Part shown: positions 8,516 through 16,903 of the stretch, piece by piece
Layout: each line of letters starts with the position of its first letter
Numbering within the stretch: position 1 is the first letter of the stretch
From: an uncultured Gammaproteobacteria bacterium
GTDB lineage: Bacteria > Patescibacteriota > Patescibacteriia > UBA1558 > UBA10009
DNA length: 64,000 bases
Reading direction: 5' to 3'
Assembly: GCA_964588165.1 (NCBI GenBank)
Contig: CAZPMS010000006.1
Coordinates: 3,425-67,424, forward strand
The notes under the pieces: model-generated
Databases searched by the model: none
The model's input: the letters and a program-made list of their open reading frames with translations, nothing else
Told to the model about the DNA's origin: nothing
Position numbers and translations under genes: made by a program

Positions 8516-10882
8516 ATGGCTACCACCGCAAAAGAAGTAGCTGGCGCAGCCACTGCTACCTCAGCTGCCGCAGCCAGAGAACAATTCCGTTTGGAACTGT
8601 GGCAAGTTTTCCGCGACATTCTTATCGGCAAAGACAAGTGGGTTGATGAAGTTGCCAGAACCCATTACGAAAACCAATTCAAGGAACAGTTTTCGGAGAA
8701 ATACGACCTACTTCTGAAAATGCTTCATCCCGACAACCTAAGTACTACCGACCAGCATTGCCTGGATATGGTGGCCTTGGAACATGCCAAGTTGGCCGAT
8801 AAATCTTTGCACGAAAAGGATACGGCTAAGCTCATACCAGGGATGTTTAAAATCTTCTGCGACAAGTTGGAAGAAGTTATTGACTTGGCTACCGAAGGTG
8901 ATGAGTTTGACGTCATCAAAGCGCACACACTGCTCCGGGACAAACGCTGGATCGGTCAGGGCTTCTGGGCTCAAAGGCTAAAGGAAAACATGGGTGAAAT
9001 TCTCAAGCTGGGTTGGATTTCTGAAGGCCTGAGAAGATTTATCCAATCTCCTATCGTTCATGACTTCATGGAAGGAGCTGAACAGCCTTCCATCGATTTC
9101 TTTGAATGGGCCCAGCAGCATTACAACCTCGCAGCCAAAATACGCAGCGGAGCACCCAGTAATCGCCGTTACAGCAACAACCCCTTCAAAAACTTTTTTG
9201 TAGGGCTGCAGTTGATGATTGGTGTTGCTTGGAACTATCTGATGGTAGGCTTGGGCAAGGTGAACAAGTTAAGGCAACAGAATTGGCACAGGATTGGCAA
9301 AAGGACCTTCTGGACAACCATAATTGTTCTGGGTGTGGTCATTGCTTTCCTGATACTGCTGGGATTAGGAATCCACAACAGCTACTTCAAAAGTACCAAC
9401 TACCTTTGGCTTATTGCGACTGCTGGAATTCTACTGTTCATCATCTTTGCTACACTCAAGATTATTGAGGCTGCACTGGGATTGGCCATCTTCACGGTAC
9501 GCTTGGCTTTTGCTGTTATAGCTAGGCCGTCCCTCTGGACCGTTGAACAAGGCGGTAAGTTTATCTGGCAAGTTGGTACTTGGCCAATTGAATTTGGCTT
9601 TGACGCTATAACCGACACCTTTAAGGGGCTATTAATGTTCTTAGGGGTTGATATTGAGGACATTGAACGGTTAAGCGACAGAAAATTCGAACTGACTGAA
9701 GCTCAGAAATCTGCTTGGGGAGATTTAAGTAAACGAACAGAAGACTTGATGAAAGGCGCCCGCCAAACCAGTATTTTCATCACTGTCGGCTTCAAGTATT
9801 TTGCGGCGCTGATAACTTCCACTTCTTTCCTGATCTTGGCCAAATGGCAGTTTTCTGGCGTAGACTCCAGTGCGGTTTTGAACAATCCGGTTTTTGCTCT
9901 GCTGATTCTTTTCCTGCTGGGCTCGCTTTTCACCCATTTTGGAATCCGTGAATATCAGGCAAGAATTGCTAAAGCTACCGGCTTAGATGACAAAAAGCGC
10001 TCCTGGCGAACAGTTAACCGGATTGCTTTTGCTTGCCTTGTTCTGCTGATTCTGGCTGAATGGCGATTTGAAACCGTCACTAACGTCTGGTACTACAATG
10101 CCAGGCAATCAGCAGCCATAACCGAACACGCAAACCAAGAAAGGAGGCTTAAAACTGCGATTTGGGAAAAAAATCGCAGTGCAACAATTCATCGTGGAGC
10201 AACTGTATTTTTGGCAGAAACCGATACAGAAAACGATGATGAGTCTTACATCGTCATAACCGACTCAACTTTCAGCCGGCCAAATCCGAATGTGGTTTAT
10301 GTGGTAAAACCTGCCCTTGAGCAAAACGGCCAGGTATTTACTATCTACAACCCCATTGACCAAAATGGCATCAGGCAAGCAAGCCTGCAATACGCTGTTT
10401 TGGCTCAATATCTGGATCAGGTTACTCCAAACGAGGCAGCCCGCTTGCTGGCTACCAAAACTGAGGCAAAGCCATCATTAATGCCTAGCTCCATTACTTA
10501 CAATCCGAGCAAAGGCATGGCAGTGCTTGGGTATGTTAACACCGATGATGTTCTTTATCTGGATCCTGTCCAACTGTCACTACTTAGCTGTCCTGAAGAA
10601 AGCGATATTGGACTGAAAGGTACCCATGGTACACCGCGTAGCCGCCATGAAGATTGGCCTGAAGAATTCGTTGATCAGCGCATGCGGCTTGGCGCCCTGT
10701 TGGTGAAATTACCAGCTTATGGTTGGCAACCTTTGTACCAAGCCGAGTCATTCAACATCCGTGGCAGCGGAACAGCCATGGTCTGCGTTAATACGCGGCG
10801 TGGGCTTTTTGGCCTTAACGAAGGAGGAATGGTAGATATTGCTATCAGGCTGGAAACCTATGCCGAAATGGCACAACGTTAA
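8516..10882 (+). CDS. hypothetical polytopic membrane protein, 788 aa (GC-rich islet ORF 3)
   Basis: Long uninterrupted ORF at roughly 45-60% G+C in sampled stretches. Soluble N-terminal ~270 aa, ~8 hydrophobic helices, soluble C-terminal ~250 aa. No family recognised. Confidence 0.65.
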   Translation: MATTAKEVAGAATATSAAAAREQFRLELWQVFRDILIGKDKWVDEVARTHYENQFKEQFSEKYDLLLKMLHPDNLSTTDQHCLDMVALEHAKLADKSLHEKDTAKLIPGMFKIFCDKLEEVIDLATEGDEFDVIKAHTLLRDKRWIGQGFWAQRLKENMGEILKLGWISEGLRRFIQSPIVHDFMEGAEQPSIDFFEWAQQHYNLAAKIRSGAPSNRRYSNNPFKNFFVGLQLMIGVAWNYLMVGLGKVNKLRQQNWHRIGKRTFWTTIIVLGVVIAFLILLGLGIHNSYFKSTNYLWLIATAGILLFIIFATLKIIEAALGLAIFTVRLAFAVIARPSLWTVEQGGKFIWQVGTWPIEFGFDAITDTFKGLLMFLGVDIEDIERLSDRKFELTEAQKSAWGDLSKRTEDLMKGARQTSIFITVGFKYFAALITSTSFLILAKWQFSGVDSSAVLNNPVFALLILFLLGSLFTHFGIREYQARIAKATGLDDKKRSWRTVNRIAFACLVLLILAEWRFETVTNVWYYNARQSAAITEHANQERRLKTAIWEKNRSATIHRGATVFLAETDTENDDESYIVITDSTFSRPNPNVVYVVKPALEQNGQVFTIYNPIDQNGIRQASLQYAVLAQYLDQVTPNEAARLLATKTEAKPSLMPSSITYNPSKGMAVLGYVNTDDVLYLDPVQLSLLSCPEESDIGLKGTHGTPRSRHEDWPEEFVDQRMRLGALLVKLPAYGWQPLYQAESFNIRGSGTAMVCVNTRRGLFGLNEGGMVDIAIRLETYAEMAQR

Positions 10883-10892
10883 CAACAAACAA

Positions 10893-10932
10893 CCCCTTAT
10901 CATTTTTTCAAAATGATAAGGGGTTTTCTTTT
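10893..10932 (+). terminator. strong Rho-independent terminator of islet ORF 3
   Basis: 14-bp perfect stem CCCCTTATCATTTT / AAAATGATAAGGGG followed by TTTTCTTTT. Confidence 0.85.
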
Positions 10933-10978
10933 AAATAAATTTATTCTACAAACTACCAACTACAACCTACTCACTATA

Positions 10979-12097
10979 TTATAATCCTTCTTTTTCTAAA
11001 TCTTCCAATAACTTCTTTTGCTTCCGGCTTAAATTATCAGGCACTTCTACCTTTACTTCTACAATTAAGTCTCCCCTGCCTCGGCCTCTTAATTTATGGG
11101 AGCCTTTATTTTTAATATTAAATTGGCGTCCAGTTGGCGTACCAGCCGGAATTTTTAAACTTACTTTGCCGTCTAAGGTTTCTATCTGGACTTTATCGCC
11201 CAAACTGGCTTGAGAAAATTTAATGGTTTTAGTTGTATGCAAATTATCGCCTTCTCTGTTAAATATTTTATGGGGCAAAACCCTAACTGTTATATATAAA
11301 TCTCCGGCTGTGGAACCTTTTAAGCCAGCTTCGCCTTTACTGGTTAGCCTTACAGTTTCCCCGGTAGAAATTCCGGCCGGAATACCAACTTTAACCCTTT
11401 CTTTGCCTCTTACTATACCATTACCGTGGCACTTAGCACATTCTTTTTCCGGTTTTTTACCTTCACCCATGCAGGCTTCGCAAACAGCTGCTGTCCTAAA
11501 AGTGCCAAAAAAAGTATTTTGAGTTTTATTTACCTGCCCGGAACCGCCACAGGTTTTGCATCCGCTGATTTTAGTGCCTGGCTCTGCCCCATTTCCCTTG
11601 CATTTTTCACACAAAATATTTTTAGAAATATCCAAAGTTTTTTCTATACCAAAAATTGCTTCCTCTAAAGTAATATTTATGCCAGCTTCAATGTCTCTGC
11701 CTTTATAATTCCTTCTGGTTGCTTGTTGGCGTTGGCCACCGCCAAAAAAATCGCCAAAGATATCGCCCAAATCATCAATATTAATATTATAACTACCTTG
11801 TCTAAAACCACCTCCACCTGCTCCACCTTGCCTAAAGGCATCAGACCAGTTAAAACCGGCATCATAAGCTGCCTGGCCGCCCATGCCCTCAAAACTGGTT
11901 CCAAACTGATCATACTGCTTTCTTTTTTTATCATTGCCAAGAACCTGATAAGCTTCGTTTACTTCTTTAAACTTATCAGCATTGCCGTTGCCTTTATCCG
12001 GATGATGCTCATGTGCCTTTTTCCTAAAGGCTTTTTTTACTTCATCGGCAGTGGCGCTTTTCTCTACGCCCAATGTTTTATAGTAATCTTTTCCCAT
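10979..12097 (-). CDS. dnaJ: molecular chaperone DnaJ
   Basis: J-domain with HPD (HEHHPDKG), a G/F-rich region and four CxxCxGxG zinc-finger repeats. Confidence 0.95.
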   Translation of the reverse strand: MGKDYYKTLGVEKSATADEVKKAFRKKAHEHHPDKGNGNADKFKEVNEAYQVLGNDKKRKQYDQFGTSFEGMGGQAAYDAGFNWSDAFRQGGAGGGGFRQGSYNINIDDLGDIFGDFFGGGQRQQATRRNYKGRDIEAGINITLEEAIFGIEKTLDISKNILCEKCKGNGAEPGTKISGCKTCGGSGQVNKTQNTFFGTFRTAAVCEACMGEGKKPEKECAKCHGNGIVRGKERVKVGIPAGISTGETVRLTSKGEAGLKGSTAGDLYITVRVLPHKIFNREGDNLHTTKTIKFSQASLGDKVQIETLDGKVSLKIPAGTPTGRQFNIKNKGSHKLRGRGRGDLIVEVKVEVPDNLSRKQKKLLEDLEKEGL

Positions 12098-12110
12098 TAT
12101 AATATGTTAA

Positions 12111-12134
12111 GCCGACGGTTTTTAAACCGCCGGC
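12111..12134 (-). other. intergenic GC stem-loop between dnaK and dnaJ
   Basis: GCCGGCGGTTT / AAACCGTCGGC on the minus strand. No U-run, so more likely a processing or attenuating hairpin than a terminator. Confidence 0.45.
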
Positions 12135-12149
12135 CTGAACGTTTATTTA

Positions 12150-14084
12150 TTATTTATCTTCCTTGTCATCCGAAGAGGATGATTCCTTTACTTCTTCAAC
12201 TTCTGCTTCCACAGGTTCGTCTTTCTTTTCTTCTGATTGGTTTTCTTGACCTTCCTGACCTTCAGTTGGCTGTGCCTGCTCTTGCTGTTGTTTATACATG
12301 CTTTCACCAATTTTCTGGACAGTCTGGTTCATATCTTCCAAAGCCTTGTTAATAACTTCAGCATCTTCGCCATCTTTAACCTTTTTTAAGGCATCCATTT
12401 TTTCGGTTACTTCGGTTTTTACATCTTCCGGAACCTTATCAGCTGATTCCTTAAGTAGTTTTTCTGTTTGGAAGATTACTGAATCGGCATTGTTTTTAGC
12501 ATCAATTAAATCCTTTTTCTTTTTATCATCATCAGCATGAAGTTCAGCATCCTTTTTCATCTTTTCTACTTCATCTTTAGAAAGTCCGGATGAAGCGGTA
12601 ATGGTAATTGACTGTTCTTTACCTGTGGCTTTATCTTGCGCCTTAACGCTTAAAATGCCGTTGGCATCTATATCAAAGGTAACTTCCACTTGAGGAACGC
12701 CCCTTGGTGCCGGCGGAATTCCGGAAAGGATAAATCTGCCTAAAGTTTTATTATCTTGGGCCATTTCTCTTTCGCCCTGTAAAACATTAATTTCTACTGA
12801 TGACTGGTTATCGGCCGCAGTAGAAAAAATTTGTGTTTTAGAAGTTGGGATGGTGGTATTCTTTTCTATTAACGGAGTCCTTACGCCACCTAAGGTTTCT
12901 AAGCCTAGAGTTAAAGGAGTTACATCCAATAACAGCACATCTTTAACATCGCCTTGCAAAACACCAGCCTGGACTGCAGCTCCAAGTGCTACTACCTCGT
13001 CTGGATTAACTGAAATATTTGGCTTTTTGCCAAAATATTCCTCTACCTTCTTTAATACTAAAGGCATTCTGGTCATGCCGCCAACTAAAATTATTTCGTC
13101 TATATCTTCTTTTTTAAAGCCGGAATCTTTTATTGCTAATTCAACCGCTTTAAACGATTGTTCAACTAACTCTGTAGTTAACTCATCAAGTTTAGCTCTG
13201 GTTAATTTCATTACCAAATGTTTTGGCCCTGCCTGATCGGTTGTTATAAACGGCTGATTAATTTCAGTTTCAGTGGAAGTAGAAAGTTCTACCTTGGCTT
13301 TTTCTGCGGCTTCTTTAACTCTTTGCATGGCCATGGCGTCACCGGTTAAATCTATACCCTGGTCTTTTTTGAATTCAGCAATAATCCAGTTAATAACCTT
13401 CTGGTCAAAGTCATCACCACCTAAATGAGTATCGCCATTGGTGGATTTAACTTCTACAGTATCTTCAGAAACATCTAAAATAGAAATATCAAAAGTTCCG
13501 CCGCCAAGGTCATAAACTGCCAGCTGCTGATTTTTCTTTTTATCAAAACCATAAGCCAAAGCAGCGGCTGTTGGTTCATTAACAATACGCTTTACTTTAA
13601 AACCGGCAATTTCTCCTGCATCCTTTGTGGCTTGACGCTGTGAATCGCTAAAATAAGCCGGTACGGTAATAATGGCTTCTTCAATTTTTTCACCCAGTTT
13701 CTCTTCAGCATCAGCTTTTAGCTTCTGCAAAATCATGGCCGAAATTTCTTGGGGCGTATATTCCTTATCTCCCATTTTAACTTTAACGCCAGCACCTGAT
13801 TTGACGATTTTATAAGGCATGGTTTTAATGTCGTCTTGGACTTCTTTATCTTCAAACTTTCGTCCAATTAAACGTTTTATGGAAAACAAAGTACTTTCCG
13901 GATTGGTGACGGCTTGCCTTTTAGCCAGTTGGCCGGCTAACCTTTCGTTGGTTTTGGAAACAGCCACCATAGATGGGGTGGTTCTGTTGCCTTCTTTGTT
14001 TTCTAATATTTTTGGCTGTCCGCCTTCCATAACAGCCATGGCTGAATTTGTTGTTCCTAGATCAATACCTAATATTTTTGGCAT
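12150..14084 (-). CDS. dnaK: molecular chaperone DnaK (Hsp70)
   Basis: 644 aa. [17 protein letters not shown] and the full Hsp70 architecture, with an acidic C-terminal tail. Confidence 0.97.
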   Translation of the reverse strand: MPKILGIDLGTTNSAMAVMEGGQPKILENKEGNRTTPSMVAVSKTNERLAGQLAKRQAVTNPESTLFSIKRLIGRKFEDKEVQDDIKTMPYKIVKSGAGVKVKMGDKEYTPQEISAMILQKLKADAEEKLGEKIEEAIITVPAYFSDSQRQATKDAGEIAGFKVKRIVNEPTAAALAYGFDKKKNQQLAVYDLGGGTFDISILDVSEDTVEVKSTNGDTHLGGDDFDQKVINWIIAEFKKDQGIDLTGDAMAMQRVKEAAEKAKVELSTSTETEINQPFITTDQAGPKHLVMKLTRAKLDELTTELVEQSFKAVELAIKDSGFKKEDIDEIILVGGMTRMPLVLKKVEEYFGKKPNISVNPDEVVALGAAVQAGVLQGDVKDVLLLDVTPLTLGLETLGGVRTPLIEKNTTIPTSKTQIFSTAADNQSSVEINVLQGEREMAQDNKTLGRFILSGIPPAPRGVPQVEVTFDIDANGILSVKAQDKATGKEQSITITASSGLSKDEVEKMKKDAELHADDDKKKKDLIDAKNNADSVIFQTEKLLKESADKVPEDVKTEVTEKMDALKKVKDGEDAEVINKALEDMNQTVQKIGESMYKQQQEQAQPTEGQEGQENQSEEKKDEPVEAEVEEVKESSSSDDKEDK

Positions 14085-14181
14085 ATTTTTATTATTAATT
14101 ATTAATAATTGATGATTAATGACTTATGATCATACTTATAATTAATTGATCATAAATCATAGTCCATAAATTAATTTCAAT

Positions 14182-14229
14182 ATCTGCGAATAATCTGCGC
14201 GTCATCTGTGACCAATCTGCGTATCTCTT
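14182..14229 (+). repeat. phased heptamer array C (ATCTGCG, ATCTGCG, ATCTGTG, ATCTGCG, degenerate ATCTCTT)
   Basis: Heptamers start at 14182, 14193, 14204 and 14215 (exact 11-bp spacing), then 14223. Lies between the divergent dnaK start (14084) and TTGACA at 14238. Confidence 0.8.
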
Positions 14230-14237
14230 ATTAACTA

Positions 14238-14266
14238 TTGACAAATCCTGTAACTGTTGTTAAATT
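14238..14266 (+). promoter_or_regulatory. sigma70-type promoter of islet ORF 4
   Basis: TTGACA (14238-14243), N17, TAAATT (14261-14266). The leader has the palindrome TTGAAatgTTCAA (14270-14282), CAACAAAAC, and SD AAGGAG. Confidence 0.7.
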
Positions 14267-14306
14267 AACTTGAAATGTTCAACAAAACTTAACAAGGAGA
14301 TATCTG

Positions 14307-14762
14307 ATGGACCAGCATGTATTTACTTTGAAAGGACGCTTCTGGTGCCTTGGAGGCCTTAGCGTTCATAGGGCTTTATTAAGGCCAGCTGACTACCTGC
14401 AAGATCCTAGGCCGACTCTGGGCGAAATGACCAAGGCATTCTTTAACCTGATGCATCTGAAACTTGGCAGGCTCGAACTTCCTATCCAAAAGGGTGGCCA
14501 TGGAGAAATCTGGATTTTTTATCCTAATGGATCTGGATTTAAAATTGAATTCAGGGAAGGGAAATTATGCCTCATCCGTTTTGGCAAATTCAGTGATGAT
14601 AGTCTGGATGTAAAATATCATGAAAATATTCTCGCCAAAATACCAATAGGCTCCCTGCCTCCAGAAGCAATAAAACAAGATTTTGTGCTTGACAATGGAA
14701 TGATACTGAATCACGATTCAATATCTCAACTAGGAACTGTCTTTACTGGCCTAGCCGCCTAA
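14307..14762 (+). CDS. hypothetical protein (GC-rich islet ORF 4)
   Basis: 151 aa. Higher G+C than the flanks, with SD AAGGAG 7 nt upstream. No family recognised. Confidence 0.55.
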   Translation: MDQHVFTLKGRFWCLGGLSVHRALLRPADYLQDPRPTLGEMTKAFFNLMHLKLGRLELPIQKGGHGEIWIFYPNGSGFKIEFREGKLCLIRFGKFSDDSLDVKYHENILAKIPIGSLPPEAIKQDFVLDNGMILNHDSISQLGTVFTGLAA

Positions 14763-14778
14763 AGTACATTTTCATCCC

Positions 14779-14810
14779 AATGAAGAGTTTAACCGCTCTT
14801 CATTTTTTTT
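14779..14810 (+). terminator. Rho-independent terminator of islet ORF 4
   Basis: AATGAAGAG / CTCTTCATT stem followed by TTTTTTT. Confidence 0.75.
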
Positions 14811-14812
14811 CC

Positions 14813-15148
14813 TTAAAATCCTTTCAATTTTTCTATAAAAGAACTATCTTTATTAATTAACTGATGAATCTCTAAAACATTATCAGAAATAATTTCTGGC
14901 TCCAATGTATAATCCATAACTTCTATTGCTGAAAGATCTGTTAAAATTGCATTGCCGATTAAACCGTGCGGCATGGTCATAACCCTTACAATAATACTGG
15001 AAGAACAGTGGCCACAGGTTAAATATGCCAAAAAGCCTTGTTCGTTTTCATCCAATATTTCAATCTTGCCTTCGGTATAATCATGGTTGCAAACCGGGCA
15101 TTTTTGAACCAATTTCAAACTAAATTGTCCTTTTTGACTGTTATTCAT
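14813..15148 (-). CDS. hypothetical zinc-ribbon protein
   Basis: 111 aa with CPVCNH...CGHC cysteine pairs. Native AT-rich style. Sits in the heat-shock cluster. Confidence 0.5.
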   Translation of the reverse strand: MNNSQKGQFSLKLVQKCPVCNHDYTEGKIEILDENEQGFLAYLTCGHCSSSIIVRVMTMPHGLIGNAILTDLSAIEVMDYTLEPEIISDNVLEIHQLINKDSSFIEKLKGF

Positions 15149-15152
15149 TTAT

Positions 15153-15584
15153 TTATTTCTTATTTTTCTTTTTAATTTCCACTTTAACGCTTTTTGGTTT
15201 TAATTTCTCTTGTTTTGGAATACTTATCTTTAAAATACCGTCTTCATATTCTGCCTTGGCCTTATCACCGCTAACTGAAACAGGCAAAGCCACGCTCCTA
15301 TGGAATGAACCGGTTCTGACTTCTTTTCTATAATAACTTTTATCATCAATTTCAGTCTTTTTTTCAATTTTACCATCCATGGTCAAAATATCATTTTCTA
15401 CCGTGATATTTACATCCTCTGGCTTAACTCCTACAAGTGGCGCTTCTACTATTAAATTTTTTTCATCTTGATAAATATCCAAAGATGGTGCAAAACCACT
15501 CTGTCTGTTACCAGGAAAATTGGTTATAAATTTGTCCATTTCATCAAATGGTTCAAAGAATGGACTCCATCTTATTAATGTCAT
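15153..15584 (-). CDS. small heat-shock protein, Hsp20/alpha-crystallin family
   Basis: 143 aa. Alpha-crystallin domain pattern (DIYQDEKNLIVEAPLVGVKPEDVNITVEND..LPV..A.YEDGILKISIPK). Confidence 0.9.
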   Translation of the reverse strand: MTLIRWSPFFEPFDEMDKFITNFPGNRQSGFAPSLDIYQDEKNLIVEAPLVGVKPEDVNITVENDILTMDGKIEKKTEIDDKSYYRKEVRTGSFHRSVALPVSVSGDKAKAEYEDGILKISIPKQEKLKPKSVKVEIKKKNKK

Positions 15585-15602
15585 AGGATTATTAACTATT
15601 AA

Positions 15603-16106
15603 TTATTTTTTTGAAACGATAACTTGGGCTGGCTGTAAAACACTATCCTTTATTTTGTAGCCAGACTTTATCTCTTTAATTATGATATTATCAGTTTGAT
15701 CTGACTCTTCCTGGCCAACTGCCTCATGAAATTCGGGATTAAATTCTTCTCCCACTGTTTTTATCTCTTCAATAGCAAACCTTTTTAAAAATTGATCAAA
15801 TTCAGCTCTAATATGTCCAAGACCCTCTAACCATTCTTGGTCTGACTTTTCTTTAGGTTGATGGTTTAAGGCTAATTTAAAATGGTCATAAATTGTTAAA
15901 ACTTCCAATATAATTCCGGCGGTAGAATATTCAACCAGATCTTTTACTTTTTTATCTGATTCTTTTTTTAGATTTTCATAATCTGCCTGAGCTCTTTTCC
16001 AGCCATTTAAATATTCTTCACATTTAGACTGAAGCTCCTCAACTTTATCCTGATCCTTGTTTATGGATCCTTGTTTATGAATTTTATTTTTTTTTGTCTT
16101 TTCCAT
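15603..16106 (-). CDS. grpE: nucleotide exchange factor GrpE
   Basis: 167 aa. Coiled-coil N-terminus, RAQADYENLKK and a C-terminal beta domain typical of GrpE. Confidence 0.9.
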   Translation of the reverse strand: MEKTKKNKIHKQGSINKDQDKVEELQSKCEEYLNGWKRAQADYENLKKESDKKVKDLVEYSTAGIILEVLTIYDHFKLALNHQPKEKSDQEWLEGLGHIRAEFDQFLKRFAIEEIKTVGEEFNPEFHEAVGQEESDQTDNIIIKEIKSGYKIKDSVLQPAQVIVSKK

Positions 16107-16114
16107 TTTACCAA

Positions 16115-16804
16115 TTACTTATTACTAGTCACTAAATTAATTAAACCTAAATTTTTCTCATAATCCATTCTTATGGGCCCCAGGATTCCTAAAAGGCCAG
16201 TTTGCTTATTTAATTGCCATCTGCCTATAACACTGCTGCAATCTTGCCCAAAAGGATTTTCGGAACCTATCAATACTTGGGTTTGGCTAATGTCTTCAAA
16301 AATATCGGAAACTACTTGTTCTAAATGGTCAATTATTAAACTAATATTATAAACCATCTCTGTTTGTTTAAATTCCGGCTGCGAAAATAAGTTAGAAATG
16401 CCGGTATAATATATATTACTGTCTGAGAAAGCCACAATCACGGCATTATTGGAAAACTCAGCCATTTTTTTAGCAATTGACTTTATTGACTGTTCAACTG
16501 ACTCTTTTTTAAAAATATTAATTATTTTTTGAATTTCTTTTTGCTCGGTTGAATTTATTTTGCCATCCTTAATATGATTTTCTAAAAAATACTTGTAGCC
16601 TTTTTCGGTAGGAATTCTGCCGGCCGAAGTATGTGGCTGGATAATATAACCCTCTTTTTCTAAATCAGCCATTTCGTTCCTAATGGTAGCTGAAGAAACT
16701 CCCAGTTTGGATTTATCTTCCAATAATTTTGAACCTACCGGGCTGGCTTGTTTAATATACTGTTTAATTATTTGGCTAAGTAAAGCCTTTTTTCTCTCTT
16801 CCAT
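16115..16804 (-). CDS. hrcA: heat-inducible transcription repressor HrcA (short form)
   Basis: N-terminal wHTH PVGSKLL...SSATIRNEMADLEKEGYIIQPHTSAGRIPT. A CIRCE operator lies immediately upstream. Confidence 0.8.
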   Translation of the reverse strand: MEERKKALLSQIIKQYIKQASPVGSKLLEDKSKLGVSSATIRNEMADLEKEGYIIQPHTSAGRIPTEKGYKYFLENHIKDGKINSTEQKEIQKIINIFKKESVEQSIKSIAKKMAEFSNNAVIVAFSDSNIYYTGISNLFSQPEFKQTEMVYNISLIIDHLEQVVSDIFEDISQTQVLIGSENPFGQDCSSVIGRWQLNKQTGLLGILGPIRMDYEKNLGLINLVTSNK

Positions 16805-16819
16805 AGACTTGAGAATTAA

Positions 16820-16846
16820 CTAGCACTCAAGCCATATGAGTGCTAA
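16820..16846 (-). promoter_or_regulatory. CIRCE operator (HrcA binding site)
   Basis: Minus strand TTAGCACTC-N9-GAGTGCTAG. Matches the consensus TTAGCACTC-N9-GAGTGCTAA at 17/18 positions. Confidence 0.9.
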
Positions 16847-16849
16847 ATT

Positions 16850-16877
16850 AGTATAACATTTTAAAAAAGAGTGTCAA
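16850..16877 (-). promoter_or_regulatory. sigma70-type promoter of hrcA-grpE
   Basis: Minus strand TTGACA (16877-16872), N16, TATACT (16855-16850), directly abutting CIRCE. The -35 is embedded in the palindrome AGAGTGTTGACACTCT. Confidence 0.7.
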
Positions 16878-16903
16878 CACTCTGTTCAAATAATCATAAA
16901 AGA

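Noticed and set aside
7397-10882. GC-rich ORFs as assembly chimeras or contamination
   Set aside because: There are nine separate GC-rich units. Each is embedded within a few tens of nt of AT-rich native sequence, with native genes on both sides. Two share duplicated host-gene ends, which is hard to produce by misassembly.
6749-10976. An 18-bp direct repeat as firm boundaries of a 4.2-kb mobile segment
   Set aside because: The repeat lies in CTAC-word low-complexity sequence that recurs elsewhere (5681, 6641, 59721), so chance or slippage cannot be excluded. It is mentioned only as weak evidence.
7274-14229. Heptamer arrays as a CRISPR-like array
   Set aside because: The repeat unit is 7 bp with 4-bp spacers and only 4-5 units. 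No cas genes are present. The geometry fits protein-binding direct repeats, not CRISPR.
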